From NCBI GenBank assembly GCA_000806115.1, contig JWKQ01000002.1, forward strand, positions 174,551-238,550: 64,000 bases of DNA. Reading direction: 5' to 3'. This document shows positions 9,379 to 18,979 of the stretch, piece after piece (positions within the stretch are counted from its first letter, which is position 1; each line of letters starts with the position of its first letter). Under the pieces are notes generated by a model. The model was not told the DNA's origin, did not search any database, and was given only the letters and a program-made list of their open reading frames with translations. This DNA is from an archaeon GW2011_AR5. GTDB taxonomy: Archaea > Aenigmatarchaeota > Aenigmatarchaeia > GW2011-AR5. The translations under genes were made by a program, and so were the position numbers.

Positions 9379-9951
9379 TCAGTAGTTTGATTCTCCGCTT
9401 GTGCAGTTTATTGTGTAATTGCCGTTGCATACTATGCTGCCGTTTGTGATGTTCCAGTTGCGTATTGCAGCCGATTGCACGTCTCCAAAACTGCAGCATA
9501 TAGGTCTTACAGAGCTGCGCGCAAGCTGCTTGTACGATTGAATAGAGTTTTCATTTTCCGTTCTGCAGGAATTAAGCGACGCCGACAGGTTATTCCCTTC
9601 GTTCTCAAGCCTTACCCTCTCTTTATTGCAGTTATCCAGGGAGAGCCTGTTTGAAGCTAAGTTCGAGCCGCATGTGCTCAGACTGCTGTTCAATGAACCA
9701 AGGTTGCTTCTCATATTTTCCAGGACAGACTCGCATATATCTTTCTGCTCCTGCACTGCTGTTAGTTCAGCCTGAGTATTGTTCAGCTGCGTTTCAAGCG
9801 ACTTGCTGTAAGTTGCATAGCCTGTCATTGTATTTCCGACAAAATAGAAAATTCCGGCGAAGAGAATTATGACAGCCGCTATCGCAAGATGCTTGCCTTT
9901 TTTACCGAATTGCAAGCCTTCGTTGCTCTGCGGGCTGTAATTGTAACCCAT
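9379..9951 (-). CDS. Membrane-anchored coiled-coil protein
   Basis: N-terminal TM with TGYA motif, heptad repeats, Cys-rich tail. Confidence 0.65.
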   Translation of the reverse strand: MGYNYSPQSNEGLQFGKKGKHLAIAAVIILFAGIFYFVGNTMTGYATYSKSLETQLNNTQAELTAVQEQKDICESVLENMRSNLGSLNSSLSTCGSNLASNRLSLDNCNKERVRLENEGNNLSASLNSCRTENENSIQSYKQLARSSVRPICCSFGDVQSAAIRNWNITNGSIVCNGNYTINCTSGESNY

Positions 9952-9998
9952 AATAGCTATTTGCCTGTGTTTTATAAAAAGGTGCGTAATGCGGCGAA

Positions 9999-10205
9999 CT
10001 AAATGTACCAGAACCTCCGGTTTCCTATCTTTCGATGTTTTATTCTACCTTCTTTTGAAAGTTGTTCGATATATTTTAAGCCAGTTTCATATCCCATCTT
10101 AAGCCTATCACAAATTTCAGAAGTCGACATAAAGGTGTATTCTTTCAAAATCTCTAGAATTTCTGTCTTATATTTTTCAGCATCAAAGCCTTTTTTTCTT
10201 GGCAT
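9999..10205 (-). CDS. Small winged-helix DNA-binding protein
   Basis: MSTSEICDRLKMGYETGLKYIEQL..GRI HTH pattern. Confidence 0.7.
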   Translation of the reverse strand: MPRKKGFDAEKYKTEILEILKEYTFMSTSEICDRLKMGYETGLKYIEQLSKEGRIKHRKIGNRRFWYI

Positions 10206-10258
10206 GTTATTTTATTGTATAACAAATTTTATATAGTTTAAAACTCTATATAAAAGAT

Positions 10259-10883
10259 ATGAAATTAAACGAAAATATGGCAGAAATGGTTGGAATAATT
10301 ATTGGAGATGGGTTTATTCATAGAGGCAAAAAGAGTTATTTTGGATTCACCGGCAGCCCAAAAACAGATAAGGAGTACTATATTTTTTTGACAAATCTAA
10401 TTTCTGATACATGTAATAAAACCATTAAGGTTAGAGAGACTTGGAGGACTTAGAATTGTTGTTTATTCTAGTGAGGCAACAAAATTTCTAACCGAGAATT
10501 TAGGGCTTGTACATGGGAAAAGTAAAACAGAAAATGTTGTTATTCCTGAAGTCATTGCATCGAATTGGAATTTAGTTAAATATACGATAAGGGGAATTAT
10601 AGATACAGATGGCTCAGTTTTTCTTTCAGATAAGCCAGGAACCCCAAAATATCCTTCTATTGAAATAACTACATCTAGTCCGAAGTTAGCTAAACAAATA
10701 AGGAGTATTCTATTAACTAGAGGATTTAGGGTCGCAAAAATTTGGGGCTATAAATCAAAACTTAGTAAAAAGACTAGCTATAAAATACCTCTGAATGGAA
10801 AGAAAAACCTTGAAATGTGGGTAAAAGAAACAGGCTTTTCGAATCCTTACAAAATGAAAAGGGCTTTGTCTGCATTGAATTAA
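10259..10883 (+). pseudogene. Free-standing LAGLIDADG endonuclease-like gene, frameshifted near 10438
   Basis: Motif 1 MAEMVGIIIGDG in the first frame; second frame continues GGLRIVVYS..IRGIIDTDGSVF..GFSNPYK to TAA at 10883. Confidence 0.85.
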
Positions 10884-10884
10884 A

Positions 10885-11063
10885 TGGGAATGGTGGGAAT
10901 TTCACCCACGGTCAATCTAAGACCGTCAGCTTTGAATTTGCGGGCTCACGAAGAACCTCCCACAACACTCCGTATTGAGAAAATCAATTTCCCAACTTCA
11001 CGGTCTTCAGCCGTTTGAGCTACGTTTTTGCGTATGTGCTCTCCCAGATTGAGCTACATTCCC
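10885..11063 (-). tRNA. tRNA-Phe(GAA) with intron at 27/28 (11015-11035) and a ~85-nt insertion in the variable region
   Basis: Acceptor GGGAATG/CATTCCC; anticodon arm C|ACGG-CTGAAGA-CCGTG; BHB GAGC/GCTC; atypical T loop TGAAATT. Confidence 0.75.
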
Positions 11064-11099
11064 TTTTTCTTAAAATCCTTTAATGAGGAAGTTTAAAAG

Positions 11100-11204
11100 C
11101 GCCCCGGCGCGGGCTCGAACCGCGGACCTCTTGGTTAACAGCCAAGCGCTCTACCTGTTCCTCTCTAACCCGACAATATCCGATTAGATCTGAGCTACCA
11201 GGGC
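11100..11204 (-). tRNA. tRNA-Asn(GTT) with ~31-nt D-loop intron
   Basis: Acceptor GCCCTGG/CCGGGGC, CTTGG-CTGTTAA-CCAAG, TTCGAGC T loop; hairpin insert in the D loop. Confidence 0.88.
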
Positions 11205-11259
11205 ATTCTCAGATATACACTTTCACGGAATATTTAAAAGCTGTAAATAACTTAATTCT

Positions 11260-11559
11260 ATGGTCTTATCCGGCTTGGATTTTGCCGTAATAATAGCATC
11301 GCTAACTTTTCTTTTTACTATACTTTCCAAAGTGATAGGATTTCCTGACCAAATAAGAAAAAACTTCAAAAAGAAATCTACTGAGGGACTCTCTACGATA
11401 TTTATTGTAATTTCTGTAGTAAGCTATGCTCTATAGACAATTCATGGATTTATTCTTGGTGACTGGGTATTGATTTTTGGTCAGGGTCTTGGTATAATAG
11501 TCACAGGAATAATCTTATTCCAAATAATTTACTACAAAAATCGTAAAAAGAAAAGGTAA
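11260..11559 (+). pseudogene. SemiSWEET/PQ-loop transporter with in-frame TAG at 11434
   Basis: MVLSGLDF..GFPDQIRKNFKKKSTEGLS..SYAL*TIHGFILGDW..; the stop falls where Trp (TGG) is expected. Confidence 0.75.
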
Positions 11560-12639
11560 CTAATCCAAGAAATCTTTCTTCTTGAGCTTGTCCGGAAGGT
11601 ATGTTTCCGACATAAACTTGAGTCCTTTATGGGACAGGGCCTCGATTTCTGCCTTTATTCCCTTCTCTATCATCAGGTTTAGCTCCTTTTGCCATTTGGG
11701 ATTCTTCTTGAACCACTCGTAGTTGAGCATCTCTTTGGCACGCTTAATGTCTACGTCCTTTGCCTTGATCGTTGCTTTCTTCAGGTCATACTCATATACA
11801 TCTGATATCGTAAGTCCTAGGAATTTCGCGCTCGGCGTAGAAATTCTATCTGACACATGTGCTAAGCTTATTGAGCCTGATTTTATTACAGAATAAATAT
11901 ATGCCCCATAGGCGTCAGCGTCGCAAAATACATAAACGGGCAGCTTGTGTTCCTGGTTCAGCCTCTGTATCAGCAGTCTCGTCCCTCTTGACGGTTGTCC
12001 CCCAGTACCTATCAGTATGCACTTGTGCTTCTGCCAGAACTTGTCCTCGTGCAGTCTTTCAAAACCTGCGTTTTTCTCTACGACAAGCACGAATTCCGCC
12101 TCCACCTTCTTGAATGTTATTTCATCCACCGTGCTTGGAATGGACCAGCCGCCGCTTCCGAGCTTCGACCAGTCTATGCTGTCGCCGCGGTCCTGGATGA
12201 TGACGTTGCCGGCAACTATGCCTTTTCTGTCCGTGGTGAGGTGAAGCTGTTCGCGCAGCACGTCTATGGCAACTTCCAGATCGACTATTATCGGGTCGCT
12301 TTCAGATTGTTCGTCAAAAGTATTCTCATTGCTGTCGGGCAGCGTACGCTTCAGGTTGTAGAACATGTCTCTGATGCTCGCGTGTATGTTCTGGTCTATC
12401 AGCTGCTTGGAGAATGACGCAACCATGGCGGTCTGCATAAATTTTTTTGCGTGGGCTACGTTGAAGTAATATCTTTTTGCAGTCTTGTCGCCAAGCGTCA
12501 GCTGCCCAAGTTTCTTGTCGAAGACGACGTTGGACAGTGCACGTATAGGTATCTCTATGCTGGGATTTTCCTTCTTTTCTATATCCTGCAGTATCTTGTC
12601 CCCGAGTTTTTGCAGTTCTTTTTTAACGTCTTTTGCCAT
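11560..12639 (-). CDS. top6A: DNA topoisomerase VI subunit A
   Basis: SIRDMFY (catalytic Tyr), NTFDEQSESD, LVVEK, DADAYG, KAEIEAL. Confidence 0.95.
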   Translation of the reverse strand: MAKDVKKELQKLGDKILQDIEKKENPSIEIPIRALSNVVFDKKLGQLTLGDKTAKRYYFNVAHAKKFMQTAMVASFSKQLIDQNIHASIRDMFYNLKRTLPDSNENTFDEQSESDPIIVDLEVAIDVLREQLHLTTDRKGIVAGNVIIQDRGDSIDWSKLGSGGWSIPSTVDEITFKKVEAEFVLVVEKNAGFERLHEDKFWQKHKCILIGTGGQPSRGTRLLIQRLNQEHKLPVYVFCDADAYGAYIYSVIKSGSISLAHVSDRISTPSAKFLGLTISDVYEYDLKKATIKAKDVDIKRAKEMLNYEWFKKNPKWQKELNLMIEKGIKAEIEALSHKGLKFMSETYLPDKLKKKDFLD

Positions 12640-12649
12640 TCTATACCAC

Positions 12650-14293
12650 TCATTTCTTTTCTTCTTTCTTAACATCTTTAGTATCCGTGGATTCATCCAC
12701 AAACTCTTCCTTTATATGTACCCTGCTTTCCACAAGAGCTTTTAGCTTCTTTTCTATATCCTTGTCATTCTTGCCTGTAAGTATTGCTATGGCATCTGAC
12801 ACTTCGCCCGCGTATCTGTCGAACATCTGCATCCTGCGCTTCTGTTCGCCTGCCCTTCGCTTGCCGGACAGGTATGAGGAAAGCTTTCGACCGGCGTCCT
12901 GGATTGCAAGTTTAGTCTCCTTTATTATTTCGGGATATGCAGCGACCGCTTCCTTGCTTTCGGACATGAACGGAACCCACACTGAGCATATATGTACCAC
13001 AAGCTTCATTGGACCCGATGGGAGGTTGTTGCCCGATTGTGAAAGGTTGTAACGCCTCCAGTCAACGTCCTTGGCGGCCTCCGTCAGGGCGCATGCACTT
13101 TGCTGGTAGAGCAGCGGAACCCGGTTTGCAAATCTTATCAGCTCAATTGTATCTTCCTTTTTTTCGTCGTCTTCTTTCTTCTTTTTTGTTCCGGATTCGT
13201 CTGATAAGCCGTAAACAATACCCACTTCAACTAGGAAAGGAAATCCCCTGTAAACTTCAGGATCTCTTGTTATAGAGGTGATGAACTCGGCATTTGGGTA
13301 CTCTTTTTTCAAACTCTTTTCCAACTCTGCTGAGCCGATTGGTGACAGGCAGTCTGTCGGCGGTCTCTGAACCTTTGCGGTTTGCATGCCTTTGATTAGC
13401 TTGTCTATTGCAGCGCGGTCAAGTTCCTGCGGCTTGGAGTCTTCAGGGAGTTTTGCAAGCTTGCATATTTCCTTTGCGCTTTGCTGCCCTACGGAGGAGA
13501 ATTCATTGGTCAAAAATGACTGAAGCGTTCTCGAGCTTGTGTTCTGCAGAAGGCGTTGCAGGATTCCGAATTCCATGCCGTGCGGGTGGGGCTTCATCCT
13601 CTTTGGAGGTTTTGGCAGCTCATTTACTGAGCGCGGGAAAATCGTCTTGGTACCGTCTGGTGCAGTATATGCGATTTTTGCAAACGGATTCGAAACGGAT
13701 GTCTGTTTAAGATAATCCTCAACAGTTTTTCTGTAGCGGCCGTGGATTTCCATCTCCACCTTTACGCCGTGCTCGCCGACAACATCCTTTTCAATCTCAT
13801 CTTCCTTGATGATGTCGGGCTCGTTCTTCGCCGTATTCAGGTGCAGTTCGCAATAATAAGTTTTTTTCTTGCTTTCAACCTTTGACCATACCTTTGTCGG
13901 CACGCCCGTTGTGAGCTGGGCATAAAGTGTTACGCTGCTTATTCCTATGCCCTGCTGGCCGCGTCCCTGGAGTAATCTGTGGAACTTGCTTCCGTAAAGC
14001 AGCTTGCCGAATACGCGCGGCACGTTTTCTTTTACTATACCGGGCCCGTTATCAGCGACAGAAACTATGTAAGTGTTGTCGTCAACCTGCTTGATCTTGA
14101 CTGTGATGTCCGGCAATATACCTGCTTCTTCAGACGCGTCCAGCGAGTTGTCGACAGCCTCCTTGACAGCCATCAAGAGGGACTTTGTCGGGTTATCAAA
14201 GCCCAGAAGATGCTTGTTTTTCTCGAAGAACTCGCTCACGCTTATCTCTTTCTGTTCCTTTGCAAAGTCCTCAGCTTTTTTCCTCTCGCTCAT
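12650..14293 (-). CDS. top6B: DNA topoisomerase VI subunit B
   Basis: KEAVDNSLDA, DNGPGI, RGQQGIG, RFANRVPLLY. Confidence 0.96.
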   Translation of the reverse strand: MSERKKAEDFAKEQKEISVSEFFEKNKHLLGFDNPTKSLLMAVKEAVDNSLDASEEAGILPDITVKIKQVDDNTYIVSVADNGPGIVKENVPRVFGKLLYGSKFHRLLQGRGQQGIGISSVTLYAQLTTGVPTKVWSKVESKKKTYYCELHLNTAKNEPDIIKEDEIEKDVVGEHGVKVEMEIHGRYRKTVEDYLKQTSVSNPFAKIAYTAPDGTKTIFPRSVNELPKPPKRMKPHPHGMEFGILQRLLQNTSSRTLQSFLTNEFSSVGQQSAKEICKLAKLPEDSKPQELDRAAIDKLIKGMQTAKVQRPPTDCLSPIGSAELEKSLKKEYPNAEFITSITRDPEVYRGFPFLVEVGIVYGLSDESGTKKKKEDDEKKEDTIELIRFANRVPLLYQQSACALTEAAKDVDWRRYNLSQSGNNLPSGPMKLVVHICSVWVPFMSESKEAVAAYPEIIKETKLAIQDAGRKLSSYLSGKRRAGEQKRRMQMFDRYAGEVSDAIAILTGKNDKDIEKKLKALVESRVHIKEEFVDESTDTKDVKKEEKK

Positions 14294-14774
14294 CCTGTCT
14301 TGCCTCCAGAAATTCGTATACAAATCTGTGCGGTATACCTTTTATAATCTTCTGTATAGCCTGTTCAGCCAGGCTGACATTGCCGTATTTGCCTATCAGG
14401 GAAACAGTTTTACCGTAAACAGAAATATATGTTCCTGTCAGGCGTTCTATGTTGCGCCGGGACTTACCTCTCGTACCTATTAGCCTTGACTTGAGCCTTT
14501 TTTGGGTCTTCTCGCCTTTTGGAAGCTCTATTATGACAAGCGTGTTCTCTTCGTCCATTAGAAGCTCAGCATGTACGGGTGAAAAGCCGCGGCCAATTGC
14601 TTTGATTACGCTTTCGGCGTCAAGCACCCCGATGGATTCACCGTCTATTATTATTTCTTCCTCACCCGCTGTTATCTTCGTCTTCGTCTTGCGCTGGATG
14701 GAGCGCTTTGTAGCGCCATTCTTGCCTATCAGGACAGGCAGGCGTTCCTCCGGTATCTTGACATTCTTTATCAT
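14271..14774 (-). CDS. KH-domain RNA-binding protein (Dim2/Pno1 family)
   Basis: LIGKNGATK, AIGRGFSP, RLIGTRGKSR. Confidence 0.9.
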   Translation of the reverse strand: MIKNVKIPEERLPVLIGKNGATKRSIQRKTKTKITAGEEEIIIDGESIGVLDAESVIKAIGRGFSPVHAELLMDEENTLVIIELPKGEKTQKRLKSRLIGTRGKSRRNIERLTGTYISVYGKTVSLIGKYGNVSLAEQAIQKIIKGIPHRFVYEFLEARQDEREEKS

Positions 14775-14828
14775 AGTAAATTTTTTCGTTCCTTACGTAT
14801 TAAAGCGAAAAATCTGTGCAGAATCAGT

Positions 14829-15128
14829 TCAATATTCCATTTTCAGTATGTTCTTCTTCTTCAGGACAGAAACCTGCGTCTGCGTGTATCTTATCACGAT
14901 ATCCCCGTTCGTGTCTTTTTGTATGTCCCATGGCTTTACCAGCACCACGTCGTTCTCCTTTATCCACATGGACTTCCTAAGCCGTCCAGGTATCCTGCAC
15001 AGACGCATCTTGTCGTCCTGGCACCTGACGCGGAGCTTGTTGGCGCCAAGCATGGCTTCTACTATGCCGAGCACCTCGCCCTGCCTTGGCATCTTCACTC
15101 TTACCGGTTCGCCTGGATGATGGTACAT
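14829..15128 (-). CDS. eif1a: Translation initiation factor aIF-1A
   Basis: MLGANKLRVRC..RLCRIPGRLRKSMWI..PWD..GDIVIRY. Confidence 0.93.
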   Translation of the reverse strand: MYHHPGEPVRVKMPRQGEVLGIVEAMLGANKLRVRCQDDKMRLCRIPGRLRKSMWIKENDVVLVKPWDIQKDTNGDIVIRYTQTQVSVLKKKNILKMEY

Positions 15129-15133
15129 AAAAA

Positions 15134-15478
15134 TCACTTGTATCTTCTTTTAATCTCCTTTAGCTTCTTCAGCAAAGGACTTCTCCAATCTTCTTCCAAT
15201 TGAGACTTAATAAGCTTAATTAACTCTGCGTCTCCCTTTCTGATTTTTATTTTTTCTAGAGCCTTGCATATTGAAAGAATTTTAAAATCACGGTCTACGG
15301 ATAACAAATATTTCTTTGAGTCAGCTTTTGTGACTTTGTGAGTGTGCTTGAGCACAGCTTTTCTATCCTTCAGAAGTTTCTGGTAGGTTTTATCTTTCTC
15401 AAGGATATACCTTAACTTGGTTCCAGAGTAGCCTTTCTGAATATAAAATTCGGCAATTTCATCTAGAGTCAGTTTCAT
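15134..15478 (-). CDS. Hypothetical basic protein
   Basis: 114-aa AT-rich ORF abutting nmd3 and aIF-1A. Confidence 0.6.
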   Translation of the reverse strand: MKLTLDEIAEFYIQKGYSGTKLRYILEKDKTYQKLLKDRKAVLKHTHKVTKADSKKYLLSVDRDFKILSICKALEKIKIRKGDAELIKLIKSQLEEDWRSPLLKKLKEIKRRYK

Positions 15479-16078
15479 TTACCGCACCGCGTAATAATTC
15501 CTGTAAACCATCTGGCCTTTCTTGCTGCCTCCGACCTTGTAGGAGTCTTTCACCGAAAATCTTTCGCGAAGCGCCTTCGCGGCGGCTGCGGCGTTGGGTT
15601 TTCTCATTATTTTCACGTCATATCCTTCCTTTATTTCCTCTATGCTGCTTATCGCCTTTTCCGGCACAACCTGCTTTACTTTTTTAAGAATGGACTCTTT
15701 TTGGGGGCCGCGTATCTGTATCATCGCCTCGTAGTAGCCGCCTGAAAGTCTCACGTGCATCTCGCACATTTTCTGGCGCAGCATCACGAGAGATTTGTGG
15801 GTTTCCGTTTTTTTCAAACCTTTTATCACACCTTCCGCCTCGATTGTTGCATATACCCTGTTGCCGAGAGTTCTGAGGGATATCTTTTCCCGTGTTATTT
15901 TGTGCGAGGTTTTTATTGAACGGCTTATCTTACCCCTGAGGTCTTTCTCGTCAATCCCGCACTGGTTGCAGTAGATGTATGAGAAATCCTTGATCTCAAA
16001 CAGTTTCTGCGCTTCAAGGAAGTGCTCGCTGCAAAAATTGCCCACCGTGGCGGGACCCCCGCATTTTATGCAAAACAT
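15479..16078 (-). CDS. nmd3: Nmd3-family protein
   Basis: N-terminal CxxC zinc ribbon, SGGYYEAMIQIRG, YRNYYAVR. Confidence 0.8.
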   Translation of the reverse strand: MFCIKCGGPATVGNFCSEHFLEAQKLFEIKDFSYIYCNQCGIDEKDLRGKISRSIKTSHKITREKISLRTLGNRVYATIEAEGVIKGLKKTETHKSLVMLRQKMCEMHVRLSGGYYEAMIQIRGPQKESILKKVKQVVPEKAISSIEEIKEGYDVKIMRKPNAAAAAKALRERFSVKDSYKVGGSKKGQMVYRNYYAVR

Positions 16079-16109
16079 AGAAGTAGTAGAGATGTGAGAG
16101 AATTTAAGG

Positions 16110-17177
16110 TCAGAAAAATATGCGCCATATTGTAAGATCTACGATGTAAACATCCCCGTCAAAGACGAATATGCTCGACTTGAAGTTCACCGGCGCAGGA
16201 GTTTTCTCTATCATGTCCAGTTTTGACCTTTCGCCGCTTACCCACATTATGCCCGCTTTTGTCAGGTTGTCTGTGTCCCTTGTCGGACCGCATGATGCGC
16301 ATGTGTGGTCTACACGGTTGTAGTCATTCAGCCATATGGTTCTGCCGCGCCCGATCTGATTGGACCTGACGTATGACCTGCTGTCAGGCGTTTTTACAAT
16401 GTCTTTTCCGTCTGCCTGGTAGCCGATTCCTGTTGAAACAAAAACGCTGAAAGGGTCTGTCTGTACGTTCGGAAGGTGCCTGGTGGATATGTTGGCGTAG
16501 TATCTCGCAATGAAGTGTGACGGCTTGTTGGAATTGAAAATCCCCCCGTCAACGTCTTCGAACCTGCCTTGTAGGTTGGATGTGCCGCCGCTCCACGTCA
16601 GTCCGAATGTGTTGCCTATCGGCGTGTTCCCGACATCCGTCGAGTCAAGGCTTGAAAGCAGAAAAACGCCCCCTCCTGTGTCAAGGAAATCGTTTATCTT
16701 TGTCTGGTGCACGGCTATCTTTGACTTGTCAAAGAAGAACAGTATGCCGGCGCCTTCCGGTACATCCTGTGTTGCGAGGTCAAGAGTCTGTATGTTTATG
16801 CTTGTGTTTTTCTTTTTGTAGGTAAAGTCCTTGTTTGCAATTATGGCGGAAAGGTCGTCCAAGTTGGTCTGGCTGCAGCCAATGCATGCTATGTTAATTG
16901 TCTTGCCCGGTATACCCCTGACTTCTATGGAGAAGTCCACGGTTTTCGGCAGCATCTCGGAAAAAAAGGCGTTCAGCTGCGTCGTGTTGTCGGTTTTTAC
17001 AAATCTTGCCAGAGTGCCGTTCAGGTACGCGCTCTCAAGCGCGTCTTCTGCCATTATCTGGAGCGACGTGCTGTCCCACTCGGATTTCTGCACGTTTGGC
17101 GTGAAGAAGAATGTCAGTGAGGCAAGCAGTATGATTGACGCCACTATCGCCTCGAATATCTTTGCAAAACCCTTCAT
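16110..17177 (-). CDS. Class III signal peptide (pilin-like) protein
   Basis: KG|FAKIFEA followed by hydrophobic stretch; within pilus locus. Confidence 0.7.
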   Translation of the reverse strand: MKGFAKIFEAIVASIILLASLTFFFTPNVQKSEWDSTSLQIMAEDALESAYLNGTLARFVKTDNTTQLNAFFSEMLPKTVDFSIEVRGIPGKTINIACIGCSQTNLDDLSAIIANKDFTYKKKNTSINIQTLDLATQDVPEGAGILFFFDKSKIAVHQTKINDFLDTGGGVFLLSSLDSTDVGNTPIGNTFGLTWSGGTSNLQGRFEDVDGGIFNSNKPSHFIARYYANISTRHLPNVQTDPFSVFVSTGIGYQADGKDIVKTPDSRSYVRSNQIGRGRTIWLNDYNRVDHTCASCGPTRDTDNLTKAGIMWVSGERSKLDMIEKTPAPVNFKSSIFVFDGDVYIVDLTIWRIFF

Positions 17178-17178
17178 T

Positions 17179-17712
17179 CTAATCCCCTGTGACAGTCACC
17201 TTGATTTTTATTACGTAAGTGTCGCCGCCCTGTATGGGCATGACGCCGAGTCTCGTTGTCTGGAACTGCTGCCTTACCTCTGTTGTCACAGAAGGCCCGC
17301 ATATAACTTTTGGCAGCCCGTTCAGCGGCGTGTCGTCCAGATGCGAAACCTCTATTACGATATCCTCGCCTTCAAGTCCGAGTTTCTGTCTTGCGAGCTG
17401 GTAGTTTGAGCAGATAGAATTCAGTTTCGCGATTTTGTCCCTGTCAACAAAATAGCGCATTCCTGAGGACAAGCCGATGCGCTTTATGTTCTGGGTGTCG
17501 CTTTCGTCCTCCCAGTTCATGGGGACGCCCTCGTCAAAGAGCAGCAGCTCCGAATACTGGTAGCTCTTGGATTTCAGGCTTTCTGAGGCTGACAAGCCGT
17601 GAAGTATCGGTATGTTGTTGATTATCAGGAAAGTCACGAAGGATATGGTGGTTATGAAAACAAAAACCGATATAATGAATTCAAGTTCGGCAATCCCTTT
17701 CACATAAATCAC
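17179..17712 (-). CDS. Class III signal peptide (pilin-like) protein
   Basis: KG|IAELEF + hydrophobic helix; LLFDEGVPMNWE motif. Confidence 0.72.
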   Translation of the reverse strand: MIYVKGIAELEFIISVFVFITTISFVTFLIINNIPILHGLSASESLKSKSYQYSELLLFDEGVPMNWEDESDTQNIKRIGLSSGMRYFVDRDKIAKLNSICSNYQLARQKLGLEGEDIVIEVSHLDDTPLNGLPKVICGPSVTTEVRQQFQTTRLGVMPIQGGDTYVIKIKVTVTGD

Positions 17713-17725
17713 TTCTGCGGCTGTC

Positions 17726-17847
17726 TAATGTGAATCAAATAATCAATCGTGATATAATCAAGAACTTTTGATTCTTGTATTATAAATTTGATTCACTTAA
17801 AGCGTTCCAAGTTATACTATCCCCGATTCTTTACTTGGAGCGCTTTA
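17726..17847 (+). repeat. Family A element, degenerate, with nested mini-hairpin
   Basis: GTGAATCAAAT..ATTTGATTCAC then TAAAGCGTTCCAAGT..ACTTGGAGCGCTTTA; extra CAAGAA/TTCTTG hairpin in loop 1. Confidence 0.65.
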
Positions 17848-18804
17848 GATGATTCCCGTCTTTACCAGTAGTATGAACACTATGAAGCCGCTCAGTAGCA
17901 TTATCAGGCTGTGCTTGACGCCGACGGCGATTGAGTCAGAGCCTATCTGGCCGGCTATTAGGCCTGAAAAGAAGCCTTGTATGAGTATCATTGCAAGGAA
18001 CAGCGATTTGTAATAAGAAGATGACTCTTTCGGGTCTCCGAGCTCGAACGCCTGCGTTATGGTGGCGAAAGTGTTGCACCCCACGCATGCAAGGTCCTGG
18101 TTGTTCACGCAGAGCGAGCAGGGGTTCGGATTGAAGCCCTGCACCCCGAACCCGCCGGTTTGCGACTGGGTTTGCAGCAGCGGTATCAGGAATTTGATTA
18201 GCGCTATTGTTATGCCGAGAAATATGAAGAATATGGCGTACATCATCATGACCTGCTGGTTCAGCAGCACGGATTTTTCCTGCTGCGACTCCTTTATCGA
18301 CTCTATATGATTTGCCAGGGACTCCATCGTGTCTTCTATGTTGCCGCCGGACTTGTTCGCCTGGTCTATTATCATCAGCGATCTCGTTATTATCTTGCTG
18401 TCGGCAACGCGTATTCCGAAATTCTTCAGCACCCTGTCAAGCGATATGTTCCAGCTCAGCTGCGTGTTCATTTTTTTGATTTCCTTGGTAAGGGCCCCGT
18501 AGTCCGACTTCGAGGTGGTCTGTATAGCCTGTATCAGGGAAAGGCCGGCACGCAGACTCTCTGATATGTCGCGCAGAAAATTGGGGAAATCGTTTTCATA
18601 GGAGCGTATTTTCTTGAGCCTGAAGAACTTGAACAGGCTGTATGGCACCACTAAAATGAGCATTCCAAGAAACAGCATGTTGGCAATGAGAGCTATGCTG
18701 CCCGTATAAATTGCAAAGGAAACGAGTCCGATGAAAGCGGCAACGCATACTATCAGAATTTTGCGTTCTGTCCTGATTCCGCCACCTTCTTTGTATTTCT
18801 TCAT
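17845..18804 (-). CDS. Type II/IV secretion system F-family membrane platform (TadC/ArlJ-like)
   Basis: FPNFLRDISESLRAG, DYGALTKEI, QGFFSGLIAGQI. Confidence 0.85.
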   Translation of the reverse strand: MKKYKEGGGIRTERKILIVCVAAFIGLVSFAIYTGSIALIANMLFLGMLILVVPYSLFKFFRLKKIRSYENDFPNFLRDISESLRAGLSLIQAIQTTSKSDYGALTKEIKKMNTQLSWNISLDRVLKNFGIRVADSKIITRSLMIIDQANKSGGNIEDTMESLANHIESIKESQQEKSVLLNQQVMMMYAIFFIFLGITIALIKFLIPLLQTQSQTGGFGVQGFNPNPCSLCVNNQDLACVGCNTFATITQAFELGDPKESSSYYKSLFLAMILIQGFFSGLIAGQIGSDSIAVGVKHSLIMLLSGFIVFILLVKTGII

Positions 18805-18828
18805 GTCTCTCTGCGCCCCGGCTATGAT

Positions 18829-18923
18829 TATAGTGCTACAAGAGAACAATCTGGATGTGATTTTCTTGTGCACTATATGTGAACCCAGAAAACATGTAGG
18901 GATTCTTTTCTGGGTTAACTATA
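18829..18923 (-). repeat. Family A double-hairpin element
   Basis: 95 bp; reverse complement TATAGTTAACCCAGAAAA..TTTTCTGGGTTCAC-ATATAGTGCACAAG..CTTGTAGCACTATA. Confidence 0.85.
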
Positions 18924-18979
18924 TAATTAACATTTGGGGTTAAAAATACACGGACGAATCAGTAATTTCCCTGTGATGC

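Noticed and set aside
10259-10883. Intein
   Set aside because: No flanking host protein or Hint/splicing motifs; free-standing frame
11434-11436. TAG read-through or alternative genetic code
   Set aside because: TAG ends several conserved genes at the expected position (glyS, pyrH, PINA); a single case is better explained as a nonsense mutation
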